58,259 bases of DNA from Nanobdellati archaeon (GTDB lineage: Archaea > Nanobdellota > Nanobdellia > UBA10117): positions 1 to 58,259 of the forward strand of contig JACQKZ010000012.1 of assembly GCA_016204275.1 (NCBI GenBank). Reading direction: 5' to 3'. The number at the start of each line of letters is the position of its first letter. Position 1 is the first letter of the stretch. The notes under the pieces are model-generated. The model was not told where the DNA came from. It saw nothing but the letters and a program-made list of their open reading frames with translations, and made no database searches. Made by a program: the position numbers and the translations under genes. This document shows positions 38,654 through 46,029 of the stretch, in pieces.

Positions 38654-39430
38654 TTACTTTTCATCGGGTTTTTTAATTTCTTCAAAGCCATCGTCATCTA
38701 TTTTTTCCAGTGTTTCGGGGCTATTTTTGTTCCGCTGCTCGTATCGCCTGGCCTGCCGCCAATCCGCTAAGCGGCCCAAACCGTAAAGCAAGCCAACGCC
38801 ACCGAGAATTACGGCTCCACCGATAGCTAGTGCTGCGAGGCATAATGAATCATCAACATTATCTTGTTTTGGTTCAGCCAAATGCTCCATGCTTACGCCA
38901 TAGTGTGTCCTGTTTAAAATACCACCACCCAAAATGCCGCCTTTGTTAGTGCACATTCCGACTTTCACATAGTCGCCAGAGTTGAAGTCGTCATTATATT
39001 TCTGGAGTGTTTCCGGTGGTATGCCGTCTTCCGCCCTAAAATCAATTGGGTAATTTGTCAGGCCCCGCACCTGTAGAATGTCGTCGCCGGTGCCGTGCAT
39101 GCCGTCAGGCCCGTTACTATAATCCATACCGCTGATGTGGCCAACATCAGTTTCATAATATCCCGTCTGGCAGGCAGCTGCGCTTGCAGTGTCTAAAAAA
39201 AAGTCGTGGTTCAGCAGGCCTTCCAAACTAAAAGCCCCTACAAAAAGCCCAGCGCCAACAGCAACAGCCCGTGGAGCAAACCGCAGGCTTAACATTGTCA
39301 GAGCGGGGCGTTTTACATAAGATTTTGCGAGTGCGTGGCATGCCTTTCCGCTGATGTTTTGGGCCAAATCCTTGGCTGCTGAAAGCGGCGCAGCAATGTG
39401 ATTTTTAAATCGGCGTATACAGTTTTTCAT
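38654..39430 (-). CDS. membrane protein, hypothetical
   Basis: Hydrophobic segments AVAVGAGLFVGAFSL and LAALAIGGAVILGGVGLLYGLG flank a roughly 150-aa Gly/Asp-rich middle region. Confidence 0.6.
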   Translation of the reverse strand: MKNCIRRFKNHIAAPLSAAKDLAQNISGKACHALAKSYVKRPALTMLSLRFAPRAVAVGAGLFVGAFSLEGLLNHDFFLDTASAAACQTGYYETDVGHISGMDYSNGPDGMHGTGDDILQVRGLTNYPIDFRAEDGIPPETLQKYNDDFNSGDYVKVGMCTNKGGILGGGILNRTHYGVSMEHLAEPKQDNVDDSLCLAALAIGGAVILGGVGLLYGLGRLADWRQARRYEQRNKNSPETLEKIDDDGFEEIKKPDEK

Positions 39431-39487
39431 AAAATTTTGTCAATAATGCAGTTTATAAACTTTTTGCTATTGTTTTATTTGTTTGGC

Positions 39488-39979
39488 TCAGTCATACATA
39501 TGATTTGCACCACGACTCTCTAATCTGGGTTGTTCCTCTAAAAGTGTAATATGAACGCGTACTTTTTTTTGTTCTGCAATCCTACTAATAAAACCTGTTA
39601 GTGGTTTGACATTATCTCTCCCATAAACATCTAAAATCCATTGTTTATTATACTCTGCACGAAACTTTTTATTGTCCGTGCTTGCCAGATAATCTACTAA
39701 ATTTCCGTCCAGACACAGGGTTCCGACGTTTAATGCTAGCTGCTTTTTTGTATATGTAAATCCCAAAAAGCTTTTTTCAATTGGTTCTCGTGGCGCCAAT
39801 ATATGAATAGTGCTGCCTATGGGTCTTGTAACACGATGGCCAAAAACATCCGAAAATCTATAGCCAGCATCCCAAAACAGGCCGGCAATTTCATCGACCA
39901 GCTTTTGAAGCGCAAGCGCTGGATGTTCGCTGTAAGTTATTTGTGTATCGAGTGTTTTCTCTGCCAGCATTTTATTCAC
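39488..39979 (-). CDS. hypothetical protein
   Basis: 163-aa ORF. No motif recognised. Confidence 0.5.
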   Translation of the reverse strand: MNKMLAEKTLDTQITYSEHPALALQKLVDEIAGLFWDAGYRFSDVFGHRVTRPIGSTIHILAPREPIEKSFLGFTYTKKQLALNVGTLCLDGNLVDYLASTDNKKFRAEYNKQWILDVYGRDNVKPLTGFISRIAEQKKVRVHITLLEEQPRLESRGANHMYD

Positions 39980-40028
39980 AATTCAACTAATAAGCGAAAG
40001 ATTTAAAACACTTTTGATAAATTGTAAT

Positions 40029-40412
40029 TTATTTTGTAATTAACACAGCATTCACCGCGCCATCTTTGGCCGGCCTTGAAGTGACTCTTGCCAGCCCGTC
40101 TTCTGTTTCTATAACTGCGCCGCGCGTTATCACATTCATTCGCACGAAGTGCCTGTTAGCAGTATTCTGTTTGACAGTTTTTATCTTTGAAAGTTTGAAT
40201 TTGCCGCCACCGAGGTTAAGGTTTGCAACGCCCGCAGTAATCAGCCTTGAAAAATAGCTTGCGCCCCTTGTTCTGATAAGTGTCTTAGTGGTCTTCTCGG
40301 AAACCTTTGTATTTGTTGGGTTCGAGCCCATTTCAGAAAGCCGCTTCTTCCGGCTAGGCCAGTACTTCCCGCCACTTGCCTTGCGCTTTGAGCGCCCTTG
40401 CCAGATTGCCAT
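40029..40412 (-). CDS. rps8e: 30S ribosomal protein S8e
   Basis: MAIWQGRSKRKASGGKY N-terminus. About 127 aa from the internal Met. Confidence 0.88.
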   Translation of the reverse strand: MAIWQGRSKRKASGGKYWPSRKKRLSEMGSNPTNTKVSEKTTKTLIRTRGASYFSRLITAGVANLNLGGGKFKLSKIKTVKQNTANRHFVRMNVITRGAVIETEDGLARVTSRPAKDGAVNAVLITK

Positions 40413-40465
40413 TTTATTTTGCATCGGGTGAAGGGTTTAAAAGGGTTTCTGGTCTGGGTTTTTGT

Positions 40466-41221
40466 ATGGCGTTCGAAGATGTAATTCAGCAGTTCGAGAG
40501 CGGCTGGCGCCCAAGCACAATTCGCGAAGCGCGCCTACTGCGGCGCGCCATTATTGTTTTGTCAGATACACAGTTAGATCTGTCAAAAAAAATGGCAGAT
40601 GTTTTATTGGCTACGGTAGAAAGACTGCGCCCTGATGGCATGGCGGGTGACCTTGATTCTGCCGAGGCGTATTCCACTGCAGGCACAGCATATCTGCCCG
40701 ATGAGAAGGGTGTTAACTATCTAAACATCGCGCTCGATACACTGCGTAAATTGGTCGGTGGTATTCCCATGACTATAGATGGAATGTATAATGGGCGGGA
40801 AATTAGGGATAGGGAAGTGGCAGAGCTGCGGCCACTAGAAATGAACGTGCTGATACAATATGTGCGCACTAATGAACGCCTGGGGTATTACTACCTGAAA
40901 TCCAAGCCAGCCGAGGCACTCGGGCTTCTATGGGATGCATCCGAAGCACTTAGCTGGCTAAATAAAACCACATGCGTAAGTAAAGATGACCGGCTTCTCG
41001 GTACATTGTACACACTTTCTTTTAGGGCATACGAAAATATGGGCGGCATATTAGCAAGGCACACTAGCGATCTAGAACTTGCCAGTGATTTTTATGTAAT
41101 CGCGCGGGGATTTGGAGATAAATTAAAGGCAAGCTGGCATATGGATGAGTCGTGCGAAGAAGTATACAATCGCATTGTTACCGCAACCGGCGGAGTTGCA
41201 GCGCCGCATAGTAAAGCTTAA
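40466..41221 (+). CDS. hypothetical protein (helical-repeat-like)
   Basis: ORF trimmed to MAFEDVIQQF. The upstream ORF extension is antisense to rps8e. Confidence 0.5.
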   Translation: MAFEDVIQQFESGWRPSTIREARLLRRAIIVLSDTQLDLSKKMADVLLATVERLRPDGMAGDLDSAEAYSTAGTAYLPDEKGVNYLNIALDTLRKLVGGIPMTIDGMYNGREIRDREVAELRPLEMNVLIQYVRTNERLGYYYLKSKPAEALGLLWDASEALSWLNKTTCVSKDDRLLGTLYTLSFRAYENMGGILARHTSDLELASDFYVIARGFGDKLKASWHMDESCEEVYNRIVTATGGVAAPHSKA

Positions 41222-41307
41222 ATACCAAATCATGCGCGTAAGAACATTCGGCAATTGCCGTTTGGAGATAACGCTAACACGTTTGGCGGATTCTCTTTGG
41301 AGAAAAA

Positions 41308-41538
41308 ATGGATTTTGAAAGACCGTTGGATGCGCTCAATGCGGCGCGGAACAAACGCGTGTTAGTAGAACTAAAAAACAAGCATCAGGTTCTTGGCCAG
41401 CTGAAGGCATTCGACATTCACATAAATATAGTATTAGATGATGCCGAAGAAAGAGACGAAGATGGCAAGACAGCCAGAAAATTAGGGCAGGTCTTCATCC
41501 GCGGCGACATGATTGTTTTTGTCAGCCCTGCAACTTGA
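41308..41538 (+). CDS. Sm-like archaeal protein (LSm/SmAP)
   Basis: Sm1/Sm2 pattern RPLDALNAARNKRVLVELKN..GQLKAFDIHINIVLDDAEE..FIRGDMIVFV. Followed by rpl37e, as in many archaea. Confidence 0.88.
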   Translation: MDFERPLDALNAARNKRVLVELKNKHQVLGQLKAFDIHINIVLDDAEERDEDGKTARKLGQVFIRGDMIVFVSPAT

Positions 41539-41571
41539 AAAGCTTAAAAACCCGAATTTTAGTTTCTTACT

Positions 41572-41754
41572 ATGACAAAAGGCACGCCATCAGAAGGCAA
41601 GAAGAGTGGAAAGGTATCGCACATCAGATGTAGGAGATGCGGCTACCCTGCGTACCACAGGCAGGCCAGGCGCTGCGCGAAGTGCGGCTTTCCGGATGCA
41701 AAGATAAGGAAGTACGCATGGCAGAGCAAGAGATTAGGCAAAAGACTTTTTTAG
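41572..41754 (+). CDS. rpl37e: 50S ribosomal protein L37e
   Basis: MTKGTPSEGKK..HIRCRRCG..RCAKCGF zinc ribbon. 60 aa. Confidence 0.9.
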   Translation: MTKGTPSEGKKSGKVSHIRCRRCGYPAYHRQARRCAKCGFPDAKIRKYAWQSKRLGKRLF

Positions 41755-41895
41755 ATGCTTGTTAACTATTGCGTTCGGCAAAGCCGAATGCAATTAAAGC
41801 GCCAGCCGATTCCTTCAAAAAGGAGGTCTCGCAAACCAAAGTTTGCGAAATCGCGGCTGTGGTAGAGCAAGAGATTAGGAAAGAGGCTGTTTTAA
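41719..41895 (+). repeat. direct, in-frame duplication of the last 12 codons of rpl37e (copies 41719-41754 and 41860-41895)
   Basis: 30 of 36 nt are identical. Five of the six differences fall at third codon positions, and four of those are synonymous sense-codon changes (the fifth is the stop, TAG/TAA). There is a 16-nt identical core, AGAGCAAGAGATTAGG. The offset is exactly 141 nt. Confidence 0.85.
41723..41863 (+). mobile_element. putative miniature (gene-less) integrative element inserted in the rpl37e 3' end
   Basis: One 141-nt repeat unit. The spacer carries a 12-bp-stem hairpin (41768-41794) and an 8-bp-stem hairpin, TCGCAAAC-CAAA-GTTTGCGA. The first hairpin recurs inside the tRNA-Ile intron. 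Confidence 0.35.
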
Positions 41896-41900
41896 CACCA

Positions 41901-41911
41901 TTTAATTTTTA
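41901..41911 (+). promoter_or_regulatory. putative TATA-like box for the tRNA-Lys(CUU)/tRNA-Ala(UGC) unit
   Basis: TTTAATTTTTA centred about 30 nt upstream of tRNA position 1. Confidence 0.35.
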
Positions 41912-41936
41912 AACCATAATTTACGTTTTATTTCGT

Positions 41937-42126
41937 GGGTCCGTAGCTCAGTCTGGCTAGAGCGCCTGCCTCTTAATATTAAGAGCAAGCAGGATGTCGC
42001 GAGTTCGAAACGGAGATGCCTTCCGTTGGGTTGTGTAACAACCCGACCCGGGGAGGGTCAGGATGAGCGTCCAACTGGGGAGGGGTGGAACCCCTCCGCG
42101 GTTCCGAGAAAGTCTCGTCGGGCCCG
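41937..42126 (+). tRNA. tRNA-Lys: tRNA-Lys (CUU) with two introns: 12 nt in the anticodon loop and about 103 nt in the T-loop
   Basis: Hand fold: acceptor GGGTCCG/CGGGCCC (one G:U pair), D arm GCTC/GAGC, anticodon arm CCTGC-CTCTTA[12 nt]A-GCAGG, T arm GCGAG-TTCGAAA[42011-42113]-CTCGT. The exons sum to 75 nt. The intron is GC-rich with three hairpins. Confidence 0.7.
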
Positions 42127-42127
42127 C

Positions 42128-42358
42128 GGGCTGGTAGTCCAACCTGGTACGGCTTTCAAAGCCGCAGGAAAGAACGTCTGCTTTGCAACAGCAGCCTTTC
42201 TTTTTATTGCGAAAAGAAAGGCTCCTGGGCATCCAAAGAAAAGCGCGAGGGCATCTCGTGTTACTCGATGCCCAATGTCAGAAGAGCAGAAGGCTAGGGG
42301 TTCAAACAAGACGAAACTAGTTTTGCTAGTTTCTTGTCAGAAAATCCCCTCCAGTCCA
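42128..42358 (+). tRNA. tRNA-Ala: tRNA-Ala (UGC) with two clear introns (97 nt anticodon loop, 38 nt T-loop) and a probable third insertion of about 22 nt in the D arm
   Basis: Acceptor GGGCTGG/CCAGTCC gives the G3:U70 alanine identity pair. Anticodon arm TCTGC-TTTGCA[42188-42284]A-GCAGA. T arm AGGGG-TTCAAAC[38 nt]-CCCCT. The D region is about 22 nt too long and includes the hairpin CGGCT-TTCAA-AGCCG. The gene starts 2 nt after tRNA-Lys(CUU). Confidence 0.65.
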
Positions 42359-42413
42359 CTTATGATAAAAACCAAGTTTTTGGCATTTCGCCAACAGAGT
42401 TCGGCGTTACAAA

Positions 42414-42424
42414 CTTTTTTAAAA
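42414..42424 (+). promoter_or_regulatory. putative TATA-like box for tRNA-Lys(UUU)
   Basis: CTTTTTTAAAA centred 27 nt upstream of tRNA position 1. Confidence 0.4.
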
Positions 42425-42445
42425 CATCAATGTAGCTTTATTTTT

Positions 42446-42629
42446 GGGCCCGTAACTCAGCTTGGTTAGAGTGGCAGCCTTTTACGGCAGCCTTTCTTTT
42501 TTGCGAAAGAAAGGCTCCCGGGCATCCAAAGAAAATGCGATGGCATCTACGATGCCATAAACTTTGGATAACTGAGAAGAGAGCTGCAAGTCGAGGGTTC
42601 GAATATAATAGAAAATCCCTCCGGGCCCG
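42446..42629 (+). tRNA. tRNA-Lys: tRNA-Lys (UUU) with two introns: 97 nt in the anticodon loop and 12 nt in the T-loop
   Basis: Acceptor GGGCCCG/CGGGCCC, D arm ACTC/GAGT, anticodon arm GCAGC-CTTTTA[42485-42581]A-GCTGC, T arm GAGGG-TTCGAAT[42605-42616]-CCCTC. The exons sum to 75 nt. Confidence 0.75.
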
Positions 42630-42630
42630 C

Positions 42631-43143
42631 CTATTTCACAACTTCCAGCTCAACCAAAACTTCTGCAGTTGGCAGTAGCCAGCAGAAAAACCTTTCATAA
42701 ATTGCAGGAAATAAATTTATCAGCGGGTTAATTATTGGATTCAAAAATATCATCTCTGTCCGCGTAAAATTAAATCTTCGCGAGTTAATCTTGAATTTCA
42801 CAGGCGCGTAAAACGAAAAATCGGAAAAATAATCAAACGTAAATGCAGAGAAAAGCCGTTTATGGTCTGGATCGCGCCACGATACGCCGCAGCTAAAATG
42901 CGGGCTTCGCGTGCGTATTATCGCGCCAGGCTTGCAAATTCTTTTTAGCTCTTTCATGCAGGCCACTAAATCTGAAACGTGCTCAAGGACATGGGAAGCA
43001 AATACCTCGCTAAATGTGTTATCTGCCCAGGGCCACGGCGTTTTGTTTAAATCATGAACAACATCAATGCCCTGCAGTTTGAGCCCATCATGGTTTATCC
43101 AGCCAGCCCGTATGTCTAGGCCAGCCCCTAAGTTCAGCTTCAT
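42631..43143 (-). CDS. class I SAM-dependent methyltransferase (type 11-like)
   Basis: MKLNLGAGLDIRAGWINHD and ..FASHVLEHV.. motifs. 170 aa. Confidence 0.75.
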   Translation of the reverse strand: MKLNLGAGLDIRAGWINHDGLKLQGIDVVHDLNKTPWPWADNTFSEVFASHVLEHVSDLVACMKELKRICKPGAIIRTRSPHFSCGVSWRDPDHKRLFSAFTFDYFSDFSFYAPVKFKINSRRFNFTRTEMIFLNPIINPLINLFPAIYERFFCWLLPTAEVLVELEVVK

Positions 43144-43193
43144 GCATTTTTGCAGAATGAAACATTTATAAAATATGTGCCTGTCCGGTATAC

Positions 43194-44627
43194 ATGGTCG
43201 AACCCGAAAGATTGGAGAAACTCAACGCGCTAATCAAAGCAGGCATCGAGCCGTATCCATACTCATTCGGTAAAACACACGACGCAAAAGACATAGTTGA
43301 AAATTTCCCGAAATACGAGAACCAAAAAGTTTCCGTGGCTGGCCGGCTTATGTCTATCCGCGAGCATGGCAAGCTGGCCTTTGGGGATCTGCAGGACGGC
43401 TCAGGCAGGGTCCAGTTATGGCTCGGCGCGGAAGATTTGGGAAAAGATTTTGATCTTCTGAAATACATAGAAACCGGCGACATAATTGGTGTTCATGGAA
43501 TAGCAACAAAAACAAAGCGCGGCGAAATATCCGTAAAAGCAGATAAGCTGATTCTTCTTACAAAGACCCTGCGCAACTTGCCAAGCCAGTGGTATGGCCT
43601 GAAAGATATCGAAATCAGATACAGGCAAAGATATCTGGATTTAATTATGACTCCGGAACTCAAACAAAATTTTATTATTCGGACAAAAATAGTAGATGCA
43701 ATCCGAGAATTTCTAAATAAAAAAAGTTTTATTGAGGCAGACACGCCAGTCCTGCAGCCAATTTATGGCGGGGCAGCGGCACACCCGTTTGAAACATATT
43801 TGCGCGATTTGAAAATGAAGGTATATCTGCGGACTTCAAATGAATTGTATCTGAAAAGATTAATAGTTGGCGGATTTGAAAAAGTCTATGAATTTTCAAA
43901 AGATTTTAGAAACGAGTCTATAGATACAACACACAATCCTGAATTCACGCAGGTTGAAATCTATGAGTCATATGCGGACAGAGACAAAATCGCAGATTTG
44001 TTTGAAGAACTCTACGCCTTCGTTGCAAAAAAAATCTTGGGAACAACAAAAATAACTTACCAAGGCCATAAAGTTGATTTGAGCAAGTGGAAACGGCTTA
44101 CGATGATAGATGCAATTAAAGAAAAATACAAAATAGACGTACTTGCCATGGATAAAAAAGAATTATTAAATTTCGCGGAAAGTAAAAAGGCAAAAGTATC
44201 TGGCGAAGAGACTGAAGGTGAGATGATTAACGCAATATTTGAAACGTTTGACAAAGAAATAATTCAGCCAACTTTGATAATGGATCATCCAAAAGAAACA
44301 ACGCCGCTTTGCAAGGCCAGCCGAAAAAATCCGAACCTTGTAGAAAGATTTGAGCCGTTCTGCTGCGGCATGGAATTGGGAAATGCCTACTCAGAATTAA
44401 ACGATCCGATTATGCAGAGGAAATTGTTCGAGGGCCAGCTGAAGGGACGGGGTGCTGAAAAAGAATCATGGACATGCGAATTGGATGAAGATTTTCTGCG
44501 CGCGATGGAGTATGGCATGCCCCCAACAGGCGGAATAGGTATAGCAATTGACAGGCTGGCAATGTTATTAACAAACAGCGTATCAATACGCGATGTTATC
44601 CTGTTTCCGTTTATGTCGCGAGAGTAG
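43194..44627 (+). CDS. lysS: lysyl-tRNA synthetase, class II
   Basis: Motifs RYRQRYLDLI, FRNESIDTTHNPEFTQVE and GGIGIAIDRLAMLLT. 477 aa. Confidence 0.9.
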   Translation: MVEPERLEKLNALIKAGIEPYPYSFGKTHDAKDIVENFPKYENQKVSVAGRLMSIREHGKLAFGDLQDGSGRVQLWLGAEDLGKDFDLLKYIETGDIIGVHGIATKTKRGEISVKADKLILLTKTLRNLPSQWYGLKDIEIRYRQRYLDLIMTPELKQNFIIRTKIVDAIREFLNKKSFIEADTPVLQPIYGGAAAHPFETYLRDLKMKVYLRTSNELYLKRLIVGGFEKVYEFSKDFRNESIDTTHNPEFTQVEIYESYADRDKIADLFEELYAFVAKKILGTTKITYQGHKVDLSKWKRLTMIDAIKEKYKIDVLAMDKKELLNFAESKKAKVSGEETEGEMINAIFETFDKEIIQPTLIMDHPKETTPLCKASRKNPNLVERFEPFCCGMELGNAYSELNDPIMQRKLFEGQLKGRGAEKESWTCELDEDFLRAMEYGMPPTGGIGIAIDRLAMLLTNSVSIRDVILFPFMSRE

Positions 44628-44669
44628 CGAGTGACGTTAGAAACTCAAGGAGTTTTATTATATTAGCGT

Positions 44670-45131
44670 TTAAATTAATCCATAATGTCCTATCTTTATA
44701 TCATCTGGTGTTGCTCTTCGCGCGCTAAACATTATGCCCAATCCAAATTCGGCGCACTCTTCTAGGAACAATTTCGCGCGCCAATAGTGTGGTAAATCTT
44801 GCTTTTTAACCTTAAAATCCCAATCCGCGATTTTCGCCATCTCCTTTACTTTTTTTGGATTCCAGATGGCGCTGCGAGTCTTTTCACTTTTTCCCCACGA
44901 TTTTTCTTTTTCTATTTTCCAATTTGTAGCTTTTCTAAATATGCGCATCGCCACATTATTCCGATCTTCCAGGGACCGTATTTTGTCATTCTTTATTAGT
45001 TTACTATGTTCTTTGGCTAGTTCTTCCCACGCTTGTGGCGTTGGCAACGCCAATCTAAAGTCTATAGGTAAAAATGCACTTGCGTCCATACCTATAAATT
45101 GAATTTCATTGGCGTTTATCATTTTATTCAA
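44670..45131 (-). CDS. cassette protein A (paralog of the next ORF), unknown function
   Basis: 153 aa. It shares IGMDASAF.., ..IWNPKKVKEMAKIADWDFKV.. and ..YWRAKLFLEECAEFGLGIMF with the upstream ORF. Confidence 0.6.
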   Translation of the reverse strand: MNKMINANEIQFIGMDASAFLPIDFRLALPTPQAWEELAKEHSKLIKNDKIRSLEDRNNVAMRIFRKATNWKIEKEKSWGKSEKTRSAIWNPKKVKEMAKIADWDFKVKKQDLPHYWRAKLFLEECAEFGLGIMFSARRATPDDIKIGHYGLI

Positions 45132-45498
45132 AGTATATTCCTAAATTTAGTTCTGCACATAACTGTAAAAACCACCTTGCTGACCAATATGTGCTTATCT
45201 CGACCACATCAATTTCAAAATTCCAGTTTGCGTTTTTGTTTATTTCCCTTACAGTTTTACTAGACCACACCACAGCTCCAGGATTTCTCCGGTCTAATAT
45301 TTTTTTGCCTATCGCTGGTTCTAGTATGTGCCACCCATGCAGACTACAATCTTCTAGTTGGAAATCTGGATCAATTCCATTTGATTCTAATTTTTTACGA
45401 AGTGCCTCAAACTTAACTTTATATTTCTTACCTACGTCAAAGCCCTTATGCCACACTTCACTAGGTTTACAGTCAAATGCATGTGCGCTTATTCCCAT
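45124..45498 (-). CDS. cassette protein B (paralog of ORF A), unknown function
   Basis: Trimmed to MGISAHAF. Contains ..VWSSKTVREINKNANWNFEI.. and ..YWSARWFLQLCAELNLGIYFE. 8-nt overlap with ORF A. Confidence 0.6.
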   Translation of the reverse strand: MGISAHAFDCKPSEVWHKGFDVGKKYKVKFEALRKKLESNGIDPDFQLEDCSLHGWHILEPAIGKKILDRRNPGAVVWSSKTVREINKNANWNFEIDVVEISTYWSARWFLQLCAELNLGIYFE

Positions 45499-45809
45499 TT
45501 TAGCTTTTCTCCTTTTGTAAAATCTGTGTGCCCGCACCTTTCACACCAAAAGTGTATCGAGCCATCCGAATTATTGGAATATGTTACTGTTGTACCGCTG
45601 CCCAGACCGCCACAATTTTTGCAAGGCGCAGTACAACAAATAATCTTAAATTTATATGCTTTATGTTTTTCTATTTTTTGGTATGTATTTTTAATCTCTT
45701 TTATCTCTTTAACACTTAGTTTTTTCCCGTAAAACTTTTCTTGTTTTTGTATTATTAATCCAACTTCGTAGTTGCGTATTTTCTTTAGTGCGTTCTTATA
45801 GGGTTTCAT
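45489..45809 (-). CDS. cassette zinc-ribbon protein, unknown function
   Basis: 106 aa with a Lys-rich N-terminus. Cys cluster CCTAPCKNCGG ... FWCERCGH. Overlaps ORF B. Confidence 0.55.
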   Translation of the reverse strand: MKPYKNALKKIRNYEVGLIIQKQEKFYGKKLSVKEIKEIKNTYQKIEKHKAYKFKIICCTAPCKNCGGLGSGTTVTYSNNSDGSIHFWCERCGHTDFTKGEKLKWE

Positions 45810-45837
45810 TTTATCTTGTTATTTATCAAGACTTTAA

Positions 45838-45954
<117 letters not shown>

Positions 45955-46029
45955 CAAATAATTATGCACTCGGTTCAGCGAAACAAATAAAAACCTTTTG
46001 TTATAAAAAATACAGATCATTGGTGTAGC

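Noticed and set aside
41752-41865. Possible amber (TAG) readthrough of rpl37e. The frame stays open between the TAG at 41752 and a second TAG at 41863 and encodes a basic peptide, MLVNYCVRQSRMQLKRQPIPSKRRSRKPKFAKSRLW.
   Set aside because: TAG is the stop of several well-delimited genes here (the NTPase, trm1, lysS). L37e is already full length at 60 aa. A 36-codon open stretch is not statistically unusual.
42011-42130. The GC-rich structured segment might be an SRP RNA, an RNase P RNA fragment (GAGAAAGTC resembles CR-I GGAAAGTCC) or a C/D-box sRNA (GGATGAG).
   Set aside because: It is too short. It lacks the other conserved blocks (SRP helix-8 motif, RNase P CR-IV/V, a CUGA D box at the right spacing). 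It is exactly bracketed by the two T-stem strands of tRNA-Lys(CUU).
42149-42165. The hairpin ACGGC-TTTCAAA-GCCGC looks like an anticodon arm with UCA (selenocysteine or opal suppressor).
   Set aside because: There is no matching acceptor, D or T arms around it. It sits in the surplus D-arm segment of tRNA-Ala(UGC) and is better explained as part of an insertion or intron.
41957-42469. Track ORFs 41957-42232(-), 42026-42469(+), 42058-42309(-) and 42085-42297(+).
   Set aside because: They lie over the intron-rich tRNA cluster. The open frames are by-products of GC-rich structured RNA.
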